The notes beneath the pieces were generated by a model. It did no database searches, had not been told where the DNA came from, and was given only the letters and a program-made list of their open reading frames with translations. From an uncultured Gemmatimonadales bacterium (GTDB taxonomy: Bacteria; Gemmatimonadota; Gemmatimonadetes; Gemmatimonadales; GWC2-71-9), in assembly GCA_963779755.1 (NCBI GenBank), contig CAVZZO010000003.1, positions 1,696,001 to 1,760,000 of the forward strand: a DNA stretch of 64,000 nucleotides, written 5' to 3'. Position numbers and translations under genes: made by a program. Positions 29,421 to 38,618 of this stretch are shown here, in pieces. The first letter of the stretch is position 1; every line of letters begins with the position of its first letter.

Positions 29421-30287
29421 TACTGAAGCTATCCCCGGCTGCGTCGCTGCCCGCCTCGCCTCCGCCTCCAACCGATCGGTCTCCGCCTCGCGTCGGGCCC
29501 ACTGGAAGAATACCACCGCGATCGCCGCCCCCATGTAGAGGCCCCCGGGCACCCACATCAGCAGCCCGCCCCACTGCTGGTCCTGCAGCGCGGTGAGCCC
29601 CCAGGTGCGCGGCGCTTCGGCGTAGAAGTGATAGAGCACCGTGTCGGCCAGGGTGATGGGCGCGGCCACCGCCTGCATGGGAATCCCCACCAGGAAGAGG
29701 TAGAGCATGCGCAGGCCGTAGGGCAGCGGCGGCACCTCGGGCGAGCGGCTCATCACGGGCCACCACATGAGCACCGCCGTCCCCATGAACATCAGGTGGG
29801 ACACGATGTGCATGTCGTGGTTGGTCATCATCACCCCGTAGAGGGCCGGGACGTGCCAGGCCACCAGCACCAGGGCGAAGAGCAGGCCCGCCGCCACCGG
29901 ATGGGTCAGCACCCGGGCAACCAGCCGGACGCGGGGGCGCCGGAAGAAGGGGGTGAGCAGCCAGCCGGGGAGCCCGGCCAGCAGCAACGGCGGCCAGACC
30001 AGCTGCAGCAGCAGGTGTTGCAGCATGTGGGCACTGAAGAGGTAGCCGTCGCTCAGATCGTGCAGCGGTCCGTTCAACACGCCCAGCAGCACCAGCAGGG
30101 ACAGGCAGAAGGACGCGACCCGCCAGGGAGACGCGGGCGGCCCCAGGCGGTGGCGCCGGCGCCAGGGGCCGAGGCCGTAGAAGTAGAGGGCCGCCAGGAC
30201 GGCGGCTCCGATCAGTACGGAGGGGTGGAGCGACCAGGCGGCGGTGAAGGGGCCGTCGGGGACCGGCTGGTGCAGCAGAAACAACAC
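29415..30287 (-). CDS. ctaG: caa3-type cytochrome c oxidase assembly factor CtaG
   Basis: LFSAHMLQHLLL, WHVP, DQQWGGLLMW. Confidence 0.9.
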   Translation of the reverse strand: MLFLLHQPVPDGPFTAAWSLHPSVLIGAAVLAALYFYGLGPWRRRHRLGPPASPWRVASFCLSLLVLLGVLNGPLHDLSDGYLFSAHMLQHLLLQLVWPPLLLAGLPGWLLTPFFRRPRVRLVARVLTHPVAAGLLFALVLVAWHVPALYGVMMTNHDMHIVSHLMFMGTAVLMWWPVMSRSPEVPPLPYGLRMLYLFLVGIPMQAVAAPITLADTVLYHFYAEAPRTWGLTALQDQQWGGLLMWVPGGLYMGAAIAVVFFQWARREAETDRLEAEARRAATQPGIASVR

Positions 30288-30297
30288 CGGCGGAGCC

Positions 30298-30618
30298 TCA
30301 GGACGGCAACTGCATCAGGTGCGCCACGCTGAAGAGCGCGATCAGCGCCACGATGATGGTCGCCGCGATGATGATGGGAAACACGAACAGCCCGCTGAAC
30401 AGCTTCGAATCCTGCTTCAGGTGCATGTAGTAGCCCGCCACCAGGGCGAATTTGACCGCCATCAGCACCAGCAGGATGGGTACGAGGTAGTGGCGGACGG
30501 ACTCGACGTAGTAGACCGCGACTTCCAGGGCGGTCAGGATGACCAGGGTGACCGCGACCTTGGTGTAGGTACCCGGGGTCGGGTGGGCGTGCTCGTGGGT
30601 AGTTGCGTGCGCTTCCAT
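30298..30618 (-). CDS. Cytochrome c oxidase subunit IV family protein
   Basis: LTALEV, KFALVAGYYMHLK; 3 TM segments; start ATG 30618. Confidence 0.88.
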   Translation of the reverse strand: MEAHATTHEHAHPTPGTYTKVAVTLVILTALEVAVYYVESVRHYLVPILLVLMAVKFALVAGYYMHLKQDSKLFSGLFVFPIIIAATIIVALIALFSVAHLMQLPS

Positions 30619-30629
30619 GGCCCCGGTCC

Positions 30630-31262
30630 TCATTTGATCAGATAGATGACGGTGAAGATCACGATCCAGATCACGTCCACGAAGTGCCAGTAGAGCGCGG
30701 CGATCTCCAGGTTGAGCGCCTTCTCCGGCGGCAGCTTGCCCCGGATGGCCGTCACCAGCACCGTCCCCAGCCAGATGAGCCCCACGGTGACGTGGCCGCC
30801 GTGGAAGCCGGTGAGGGTGAAGAAGGTGGTGCCGAAGACGTTGCGCTGGAGCGTGAGCCCCTCGTGCACGAAGCTGGTAAACTCGTAGACCTGGCCGCCC
30901 AGGAAGATCAGCCCGCCCAGCATGGTGAGCGACAGCCAGCCGATCAGCATCCGCCGATTGCCGCGCTGCGCCCCGTAGAGGGCCAGCACCACCGCAAAGG
31001 AGCTCATCAGCAGCACGAAGGTGCTGATGGAGGTGAAGGGGATGTTGAGAATCGCCTTGTAATGCTCGCCCGTGGTCGGGTCCACCCAGGGGGTATGGGG
31101 GAACGGCCCGACCACGCTCCGCCCCTTGTAGACCATATAGGCGGAGATGAGCGAGGCGAAGAACATGCACTCCGAGCCGATGAAGGTCCAGATGGCCAGC
31201 TTGCGGCTGTCCAGGCCGGTGGTCGTCTCGTGCGTCATCGTGGTCGCGGCAGCGTGAGCCAC
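30630..31262 (-). CDS. ctaE: Cytochrome c oxidase subunit III
   Basis: FIGSECMFF, TGFHGGHV, YWHFVD. Confidence 0.95.
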   Translation of the reverse strand: MAHAAATTMTHETTTGLDSRKLAIWTFIGSECMFFASLISAYMVYKGRSVVGPFPHTPWVDPTTGEHYKAILNIPFTSISTFVLLMSSFAVVLALYGAQRGNRRMLIGWLSLTMLGGLIFLGGQVYEFTSFVHEGLTLQRNVFGTTFFTLTGFHGGHVTVGLIWLGTVLVTAIRGKLPPEKALNLEIAALYWHFVDVIWIVIFTVIYLIK

Positions 31263-31285
31263 TGTGGCGTGTCCTCGGGTTGAGA

Positions 31286-33121
31286 TCAGCCCGCCGGCTC
31301 GAAGGCCCAGCGGAAGATGCCGGTAAACAGGATGATCGCACCGGCGATATTGACCACGAAATTCGTGATGGTGTACGGATGGTGCACCATGAAGCCGGTG
31401 AGCAGCGTCGCCACGCCGACCGCCGCTACCAGCGGCCAGTACGACGGGTTAGGCATGTGGATGCCCGCGCCGCTCACCCGGGCCGGCTCGGGGAGCATCC
31501 CGCCCTTTTGCCGCTTCTCTTCCCAGAGCGGATCACGCGAGGTGACCGACGGGATGGCGGCGAAGTTGAATTCCTGCGGCGGCGAGGGAATGGACCACTC
31601 GAGGGTGGCGCCGTTCCAGGGGTCGGCCGGGGCGGCGGGGCCGCGGCGGCTCTTCCAGATATTATAGATGAACACCAGCTGCGACAGCGCCAGGATGAAG
31701 GCGCCGATGGTCTCCATCTGGTTCCAGAACTCGAAGCCCAGCCCGGCGGGGTAGGTGTAGACCCGCCGGGGCATGCCGTTGAGCCCCAGGAAGTGCATGG
31801 GGAAGAAGGTCAGGTTGAACCCGATCAGCATGAGCCAGAAGTGCAGCTTGCCGAGCCCTTCGTTCAGCATCTTGCCGAACATCTTGGGGAACCAGTAGTA
31901 GGCCCCGCCGGTGAGGGCAAAGATAGCGCCGCCGAACAGCACGTAGTGGAAGTGCGCCACCACGAAATAGGTGTCGGTCTGCTGCAGGTCGGCCGGGGGG
32001 GTGGCGTGCATCACGCCGGAGAGCCCGCCGATGATGAACATGGCGATGAATCCCAGCGCAAAGTACAGCGGCGTCTTCATCTGGAGCGAGCCGCCCCAGA
32101 GGGTCCCGATCCAGTTGAAGATCTTCACTCCCGTGGGCACCGCGATCAGCATGGTGCTGACGGCGAAGACCGAATCGGCGATCGGCCCCATGCCGGTGGC
32201 GAACATGTGGTGGGCCCAGACCCCAAACCCGAGAAAGGCGATGAACGCGCCGGAGAAGACCATGGCCGCGTAGCCGAACAGCGGCTTGCGCGAGAAGACC
32301 GGGAGAATCTCCGAAACGATGCCGAAACTGGGCAGGATCAGGATGTACACCTCGGGATGGCCGAAGATCCAGAAGAGGTGCTGCCACAGAATGGGATCGC
32401 CCCCGTTCGCCACCAGGAAGAAGTTCGTGCCGAACGTCCGGTCGAGCATCAGCATGATCAGCGCGACGGTGATCACCGGGAAAGCCAGCAGCAGCAGAAT
32501 CTGGGTGATGAAGCTCATCCAGGTGAAGATGGGCATGCGCATGAGCTTCATGCCGGGGCCGCGCAGGTTCACGATGGTGGTAAAGAAGTTCACCGCCGCC
32601 GCCAGCGAGGCCACGCCGAGGATCTGCAGGCCAATCACCCAGAAGTCCACATTGGGACCGGGTGAAAACGGCCGCTCGGTCAGGTTGGCGTAGCCGAACC
32701 AGCCGGTGTTGGGCGCCGCGTTGAGCAGGAAGCTGAAGTTGAGAAACAGCCCGCCCAGAATGAAGACCCAGTAGCTGAAGGCGTTGAGCCGGGGGAAGGC
32801 CACGTCCCGCGCCCCGATCTGCAACGGGATCATGTAGTTGAAATACATGGCCGACAACGGCATCACGGCGAGAAAGATCATCGTGGTGCCGTGCATCGTG
32901 AACAACTGGTTGTAGGTATCGGGAGAGAGAAACGTGTTTTCCGGCGCCCCCAGCTGGATGCGCACCAGCAGCGCTTCGATGCCCCCGATCAGGAAGAACA
33001 CGAACGCCGAGACCCCGTACAGGATGCCGATGCGCTTGTGGTCGACCGTGGTAATCCAGCTCCAGAGCCCGGTCGGATGGGCGTGTGCGTGGGCGTGCTG
33101 CTCCAGGACCGTGGTTGCCAT
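31286..33121 (-). CDS. ctaD: Cytochrome c oxidase subunit I, canonical A1 type
   Basis: GHPEVY, WAHH, HFH, PTGVK (K-channel Lys), ARD..FPRLN. Confidence 0.97.
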   Translation of the reverse strand: MATTVLEQHAHAHAHPTGLWSWITTVDHKRIGILYGVSAFVFFLIGGIEALLVRIQLGAPENTFLSPDTYNQLFTMHGTTMIFLAVMPLSAMYFNYMIPLQIGARDVAFPRLNAFSYWVFILGGLFLNFSFLLNAAPNTGWFGYANLTERPFSPGPNVDFWVIGLQILGVASLAAAVNFFTTIVNLRGPGMKLMRMPIFTWMSFITQILLLLAFPVITVALIMLMLDRTFGTNFFLVANGGDPILWQHLFWIFGHPEVYILILPSFGIVSEILPVFSRKPLFGYAAMVFSGAFIAFLGFGVWAHHMFATGMGPIADSVFAVSTMLIAVPTGVKIFNWIGTLWGGSLQMKTPLYFALGFIAMFIIGGLSGVMHATPPADLQQTDTYFVVAHFHYVLFGGAIFALTGGAYYWFPKMFGKMLNEGLGKLHFWLMLIGFNLTFFPMHFLGLNGMPRRVYTYPAGLGFEFWNQMETIGAFILALSQLVFIYNIWKSRRGPAAPADPWNGATLEWSIPSPPQEFNFAAIPSVTSRDPLWEEKRQKGGMLPEPARVSGAGIHMPNPSYWPLVAAVGVATLLTGFMVHHPYTITNFVVNIAGAIILFTGIFRWAFEPAG

Positions 33122-33185
33122 GCGTCTCGTTCCTCGAACGTGAACTGCGAGTGCCGGGGCCCGCCTGCGGCGGCCCCCCGAGGTC

Positions 33186-34259
33186 CTACTTGTGAGCTTC
33201 CAGGTAGGCCACCAGCGCCTTGACCTCGTCGTCGGTCAGGGGGCGCGGCAGCTTCATCAGCGCGCCGGGCTTCAGCGCCTGCGGGTTGTGCAGCCAGCGC
33301 GAAAGATTCTCCGGTGTGTTTTCCAGCATATCGGCCACGATGTGGGTCCGGCTCCCCACGTGCGAGAGATTCGGCCCCATCATGGCCATCACCCCGGCCG
33401 TGGGCGTGCCCATCATGGCGTGGCACCCGATGCAGCCGGCCGAGAGGAACAGCTCGCCCCCCTTCGCCCGGGTGGCGCTGTCGGCGATGGTCGCCATGAC
33501 GCTGTCGGAGACCTTGCCGTTGTTCACCATGGGCGAGCCGATCTGCTCGTTCTGCACCCAGGTGGCGAAGGAGTCGGGCGAATCCACCTTCACCCGGAAC
33601 GCCATGCGCCCGTGCTCCTCGCCGCAGAATTCGGTGCACTGCCCGGTGTAGGTGCCGGTATCGGGCGAGGTGAACCAGAGCGTATTGAACCGCTTGGGGA
33701 AGACGTCGCGTTTGCCGGCCAGGCGCGGCAGCCAGAAGCTGTGCACCACGTCGGCGGAGGTCATATAGAGGCTGACTTCCTTGCCCGCGGGCACATGCAG
33801 CTCGTTGGCGGTCACGACCTTCAGATCGGGATAGCGGAACTCCCACCACCATTGATGCCCCACCACTTCCACCCGGACGGTGTTCCGGGGCCGCTCGTAG
33901 GTCTGGAAGATGGCGTTGATGGTGGGAACCGCGATGATGGCGAGAATGACGGCGGGAATGATGGTCCACACCACCTCGACGGTGGTGTTGCCGTGCGTCT
34001 GCACCGGCTCGGGGTCGTTATCCCGGCCCCGGAACTTGAAGATGGCAAACAGCAGCGCGCCTTCCACCAGCACGAACACCAGGGCCGCCCACTTGACGGT
34101 GGTGAAGAAGACGCCGTCCAGGATGGACGTAAAGTCGGTCTCGGGTCGCAGCGAGCTCTGCGGGTAATGAGAGGCGCAGGCCGCCACCAGCAGGACGGCG
34201 ACGAGCGGCACCCAGCCCCGGCCAAGGGCCGGTGCGATACTCACCTTCCGGAGGGACAT
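33186..34259 (-). CDS. ctaC: Cytochrome c oxidase subunit II with fused cytochrome c (caa3)
   Basis: Lipobox VAAC; VEVVWT; HSFW; CTEFCGEEHGRM (CuA); CIGCH. Confidence 0.96.
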   Translation of the reverse strand: MSLRKVSIAPALGRGWVPLVAVLLVAACASHYPQSSLRPETDFTSILDGVFFTTVKWAALVFVLVEGALLFAIFKFRGRDNDPEPVQTHGNTTVEVVWTIIPAVILAIIAVPTINAIFQTYERPRNTVRVEVVGHQWWWEFRYPDLKVVTANELHVPAGKEVSLYMTSADVVHSFWLPRLAGKRDVFPKRFNTLWFTSPDTGTYTGQCTEFCGEEHGRMAFRVKVDSPDSFATWVQNEQIGSPMVNNGKVSDSVMATIADSATRAKGGELFLSAGCIGCHAMMGTPTAGVMAMMGPNLSHVGSRTHIVADMLENTPENLSRWLHNPQALKPGALMKLPRPLTDDEVKALVAYLEAHK

Positions 34260-34539
34260 GAGGCGTTCACCCTGACGAGAAGAGCTACGCTGACGGAAAA
34301 ATCGTGCGGCACATTACCTACGAAGCCCCGCCTCGTCAAGCACTTAGGCCGGAATGGCGGGGCCGGAAAGACGGCCCCGAAGGCTCGCCTTCCCGGCCCC
34401 GGGCCGCGGCGGCGGAACAGGAGGACATTAGATACGCGGACAGGAAAGGACAACGCCCCCCCGGCCCCGCGGCGGGGAGCCCCGGGCCCGGTTTCTCAAT
34501 TCCGGCTGAACGGCTATCTTGGAGCAGTCACTCCGGCAC

Positions 34540-34575
34540 CCCGGGCGGCCCCGCCGTCCGGGTTACCCTTTTTTT
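34540..34575 (+). terminator. Terminator-like hairpin in the greA leader
   Basis: CCCGGGCGGC-CCC-GCCGTCCGGG, then TTACCC and T7 ending 11 nt before the ATG. Confidence 0.5.
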
Positions 34576-34586
34576 GTGCGGTCAGC

Positions 34587-35063
34587 ATGATCCAGGAACT
34601 CCGGGACAAACTGGGCAAGGAAATCGAGGCGTTGACCTACGAGCTCAACGTGATGCTGCCGCAGGCGATTGCCCAGGCCGTGGAGCTGGGCGACCTGCGG
34701 GAAAACTCGGAGTACAAGGCCGCGCTCGAGCGGCAGCAGTTCGTGCAGGCCCGCCTGGGGCAGCTGCATCAGCGCATGAGCCAGCTGCACCAGATGAGCA
34801 CCTCCGCCCCGACCGACCGGGCCGGGCTGGGCTCGCGCGTGACGGTCGAAGACCTGAAGACCGGCGAGAACGAAACCTACGTCCTGGTCCTGGGCGAGAT
34901 GGCCGATTTCGACCTGGGCCATGTGTCGCTCGCCTCTCCGATCGGCCGGGCCCTCAAGGACCGGCAGCCCGGCGACGAGGTCGAGCTGCAGCTCCCCACC
35001 ATGAGGCGGCAGCTCCGGGTGGTCGAGGTGATCACCGTGCACGATACCGCCCCGAAGCAATGA
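34587..35063 (+). CDS. greA: Transcription elongation factor GreA
   Basis: GDLRENSEY, GLGSRV, SLASPIGRAL. Confidence 0.92.
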   Translation: MIQELRDKLGKEIEALTYELNVMLPQAIAQAVELGDLRENSEYKAALERQQFVQARLGQLHQRMSQLHQMSTSAPTDRAGLGSRVTVEDLKTGENETYVLVLGEMADFDLGHVSLASPIGRALKDRQPGDEVELQLPTMRRQLRVVEVITVHDTAPKQ

Positions 35064-35440
35064 CCGACCCGGGCGAATTCCCCGGCCAGAAGCTGGTGGT
35101 GGTGGGCGACCGGGTGCTCATCACCCCCGAAGAGGGGGACGACCGTACCCGCGTCGGCCTCTACCTGCCCCCGACCGCGCTCGAATCCCAGCAGGTCCAG
35201 AGCGGGCTCATCATCGCCACCGGCCCCGGCGACCCGGTGCCCGACCTGGGCAGCTTCGACGAGGAACCCTGGCGCGCCGGCGAGCGGGAACTGCGCTACC
35301 GCCCCATGCAGGCCCGGGTGGGCGACCACGCCATCTTCTTCCGCAAGGCCGCGGTGGAGATCACGTTCGAAGAGCGGAAATACCTCGTGGTTCCCCAGGC
35401 GGCCATCCTGGTCCTGATCCGCGACGAGCTGCCCCTCTGA
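35060..35440 (+). CDS. Co-chaperonin GroES-family protein (no groEL nearby)
   Basis: VGDRVLI, GLYLP, IATGPG, VGD, YLVVPQAAIL. Confidence 0.85.
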   Translation: MTDPGEFPGQKLVVVGDRVLITPEEGDDRTRVGLYLPPTALESQQVQSGLIIATGPGDPVPDLGSFDEEPWRAGERELRYRPMQARVGDHAIFFRKAAVEITFEERKYLVVPQAAILVLIRDELPL

Positions 35441-35492
35441 GGGGCCAGGAGTCAGGAATCGGGAATCAGGGCCGCCTTCCCCCTCCGGCACC

Positions 35493-35885
35493 ATGACGAG
35501 CAGCGCCGCGCGATCCTACCGCCTGGGAATGTGGCTCTTCCTCGGCCTCGGCCTGGTCCTGCTGGGGCTGGCCATCCTGGGCGCCCGCATCGCCGCCGCG
35601 CGAAGCATGGGGCTCCTGGCCCTCGCCGGCTTCGTGGTCTGCCTCGGCATTGCAGCCATGCTCGCCCTCCACAGCCGGCGCGCACTGGTCGAACAGCGTG
35701 AGCACACCGCCCGTATGTCCACCCTGGTGATCATGGCCGGCATCCTCCAGCGCGAGAGCGACGAGACGCTGGAACGGATCGCGGCATCGAGCGGCCCCGC
35801 CGCCGAGGCCGCAACCCTGTTGTTGAGCAGGCGGAGTGGGGAGGGTAGGCAGAGTCGGCCGAGTGGGCAGGACCAGATGTTGTAA
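35493..35885 (+). CDS. Hypothetical 2-TM membrane protein
   Basis: Two hydrophobic helices; GC-rich codon usage. Confidence 0.65.
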   Translation: MTSSAARSYRLGMWLFLGLGLVLLGLAILGARIAAARSMGLLALAGFVVCLGIAAMLALHSRRALVEQREHTARMSTLVIMAGILQRESDETLERIAASSGPAAEAATLLLSRRSGEGRQSRPSGQDQML

Positions 35886-35945
35886 GCCGACGATCAGCGG
35901 CCAGACTCGTACCGCCTTACCGCCCTACCGCCTAGCTTCCCCTCC

Positions 35946-36485
35946 ATGTGCTACTTCGTCTATCTCGCGACGCCGCTCACCCTGAGCGAGGTGCGGGCCA
36001 TGCTGCCCACCGGGTTGGCCGCCGACGCCCTCCCGATGGAGGAGCAACGCCGGTTCCGCCGCGCGCATCCCGATGCGGCCACCGTCGCGCGGGTACTGCA
36101 CGGCGCCTGCTCCTGCGACCTGGTGCGCGACCGGCAACCGGTGCCCCGGGAAGACGAAACCCATCTCCGCCGCCGGTTCCGGACCATGGGCGTGCCGCGC
36201 GACGAGGTACTCCAGGCGCTGGACGTCCACCGGCGGCTGGAGAGCGACCGCCCGCGGCCGCCGGGATACTGGCAGCAGGCCTTCGCCCGGTTCGTGGCCG
36301 AGCATGCCCGGAACGCCGGCCCGACGCTGTACGCGCTGCATTTCACCCCGGGCGGCCGCGACCGGCCCAGCCTGGAAGGTGACCCGGTCGTCCGCACCGC
36401 CACCGAGGTGCGGGCGGACCCCGCCGGCTGGCTGCAGGAAGCCCGGCCCACGCTGGTGCTCCCGGATCCGGCGCCGGTACGCTGA
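35946..36485 (+). CDS. Hypothetical protein with Cys/His motifs
   Basis: MCYF...HGACSCDL; ends 3 nt before the next gene. Confidence 0.7.
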   Translation: MCYFVYLATPLTLSEVRAMLPTGLAADALPMEEQRRFRRAHPDAATVARVLHGACSCDLVRDRQPVPREDETHLRRRFRTMGVPRDEVLQALDVHRRLESDRPRPPGYWQQAFARFVAEHARNAGPTLYALHFTPGGRDRPSLEGDPVVRTATEVRADPAGWLQEARPTLVLPDPAPVR

Positions 36486-36488
36486 GTC

Positions 36489-37421
36489 GTGACCAGCCTC
36501 CCGCCCTCCCGCCTTCCCGCCCTTGATGCCGTCATCGTGGGCGCCGGCCCCGCGGGCCTGAGCGCGGCCTTGATTCTGGGGCGCTGCCGCCGGCGGGTCC
36601 TGGTCTGCGGCAGCGGGCCGCAGCGCAACCTGCTCGCCTCCCACCTGCACGGCTATCTGACGCGCGACGGCATCACGCCGGCCGAATTTCTGCACCGGGC
36701 CCGCATGGACCTCGAACCATACCAGTCGGTGGAACTGCGCGACGCTGAGGTGGTCGAAGCCCGCCGGATCGGCGCCGGCTTCGCCGTCCGTCTCAAGGGC
36801 GGCGAGCGCTTCGAGGCGCGGCGGCTGCTGCTGGCGACCGGGGTGGTTGACGATATTCCGCCGCTGGAAGGGATCGAGTCGCTCTATGGCCGCAGCGTGT
36901 TTCACTGCCCCTACTGCGACGGCTGGGAACTGCGCGACCGGCCGCTGGCGGTTTACGGCCAGCCCGGGCATGCGGCGCTGCTGGCCATGACGCTGCGAGT
37001 CTGGAGCGGCGACCTGGTGGTCTGCACCGGCGGCGCGTCGCCCGAGGCCGAGCACTCGGCCCTGCTGGCACGTCACGGCATCGCCGTGCGCGAAGAGCCG
37101 ATTGCGCGGCTGGAAGGCAGCAACGGGCAGCTCGAGCGGATCGTGTTCGCGAACGGCGAGGGGCTGGCGCGCGAGGCGCTCTTCTTCAGCACCGGCCAGC
37201 GCCAGCACTCGCCGCTCGCCGCCCAGCTGGGCTGCAGCTTCAACCGGAAGGGGGTCGTGAAGACCGGCCGTTGCGAGGCGACCAACGTCCCGGGGCTGTA
37301 TGTCGCCGGCGATGCCAGCGAAGCCACGCAGTTCGTCATTGTCGCGGCGGCGGAGGGCGCCATGGCGGCGTCCGATATCAACGAATCGCTGGAAGAAGAG
37401 GACCGGATCGATCCCGCCTGA
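36489..37421 (+). CDS. Thioredoxin reductase-like FAD oxidoreductase
   Basis: VGAGPAG, LLATG, FHCPYCDG, YVAGD. Confidence 0.92.
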   Translation: MTSLPPSRLPALDAVIVGAGPAGLSAALILGRCRRRVLVCGSGPQRNLLASHLHGYLTRDGITPAEFLHRARMDLEPYQSVELRDAEVVEARRIGAGFAVRLKGGERFEARRLLLATGVVDDIPPLEGIESLYGRSVFHCPYCDGWELRDRPLAVYGQPGHAALLAMTLRVWSGDLVVCTGGASPEAEHSALLARHGIAVREEPIARLEGSNGQLERIVFANGEGLAREALFFSTGQRQHSPLAAQLGCSFNRKGVVKTGRCEATNVPGLYVAGDASEATQFVIVAAAEGAMAASDINESLEEEDRIDPA

Positions 37422-37508
37422 CCGGCATTCCCACCTGCGCGTTGCTCTCGATTTCCTGAACCAGAGTCTGTCTTACTCGTGTAAGGCAGCACCCGACACG
37501 ACAACCCC

Positions 37509-37524
37509 TGTGACTACAGTCACG
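37509..37524. promoter_or_regulatory. CRP/FNR-family-like binding site
   Basis: TGTGA-CTACAG-TCACG, 9/10 match to TGTGA-N6-TCACA. Confidence 0.55.
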
Positions 37525-37594
37525 GCATCGTGTGCACAATCTCCCGCATTTACGCGGGGTGACGGTACAGAGAAGGTTTCCGCATTCCCGGGGC

Positions 37595-38608
37595 GTGCGC
37601 ATCGCTCCTGCGTGCCGGGTCCCGTTCCTTCCGCTACTGGCCACACTCCTGGTCGCCGGCTGCAACAGCCCAAGCTTCATGCGGCCCGAAGGATCGATGG
37701 CGCGGTCGGAGGCGCACCTCGGCTGGTTGCTGCTGATCATCGCCGCGGCAGTCGAGCTCGTCATCTGTGTGCTGGTTCTGCTCGCCCTGTTCCGCCGCCG
37801 CGACTACGGGCTGGGCCTGTACCGCGGCACCGGCACGGGCGTTCGCTGGATCACCATCGGCGGGGTGCTGGTGCCGGTGATCATCCTGGCAGCGGTCTTC
37901 ATCGTGAATCTGTTCACCCTCAGGGCGGTGGCCACCCCGCCGCCGTCGCCCGATCTGCTCACCATCACGGTGACGGGTCATCAATGGTGGTGGGAGGTGC
38001 AGTATCCGGCGGACGGCCCGGGCGAAGCGTTCGCCACCGCTAACGAGATCCACATCCCGGTGGGCAGGAAGGTGCGGTTCCAGCTGCAGACCGCCGACGT
38101 GATCCACAGTTTCTGGGTCCCGCGGCTGGGCGGCAAGACCGATCTCATACCGGGCCAGCGCAACGTGACGTGGCTGGAGGCCGACAGGGCCGGCGTGTAC
38201 CGGGGGCAGTGCGCCGAATACTGCGGCGCGCAACACGGGCACATGGCCTTCGTGGTGGTGGCGCAGAGCCCGGACGAGTTTGCCGAATGGGAGGCCGGCC
38301 AGCGCCGGCCCGCCGCGGCACCCACCGATCCGGTGGCGCTGCTGGGCCGCCGGGTCTTCGAGAACGGCCCCTGTGTCGTCTGCCACACGATCCGGGGCAC
38401 GGGAGCCCAGGGGACGGTGGGGCCGGACCTGACCCACCTGGCCAGCCGCCGCACCATCGCGGCGGGCACCATTCCGAACACCCGCGGCTACCTGGCCGGC
38501 TGGGTGGCCAATTCCCAGGGCATCAAGCCGGGGAACAAGATGCCGCCGATGGCCCTGGCGCCGCAGGAGCTTCAGGCGGTGATCACGTATCTGCAGAGCC
38601 TGCAATAG
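37595..38608 (+). CDS. coxB: Heme-copper oxidase subunit II with fused cytochrome c (second operon)
   Basis: Lipobox VAGC; HSFW; CAEYCGAQHGHM; CVVCH; start uncertain (ORF is open from 37532). Confidence 0.93.
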   Translation: MRIAPACRVPFLPLLATLLVAGCNSPSFMRPEGSMARSEAHLGWLLLIIAAAVELVICVLVLLALFRRRDYGLGLYRGTGTGVRWITIGGVLVPVIILAAVFIVNLFTLRAVATPPPSPDLLTITVTGHQWWWEVQYPADGPGEAFATANEIHIPVGRKVRFQLQTADVIHSFWVPRLGGKTDLIPGQRNVTWLEADRAGVYRGQCAEYCGAQHGHMAFVVVAQSPDEFAEWEAGQRRPAAAPTDPVALLGRRVFENGPCVVCHTIRGTGAQGTVGPDLTHLASRRTIAAGTIPNTRGYLAGWVANSQGIKPGNKMPPMALAPQELQAVITYLQSLQ

Positions 38609-38618
38609 GGGGAGGGAC

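Noticed and set aside
33192..34586. 623-aa ORF appearing to give GreA a long N-terminal extension
   Set aside because: The upstream part is antisense to oxidase subunit II; GreA similarity starts at 34587.
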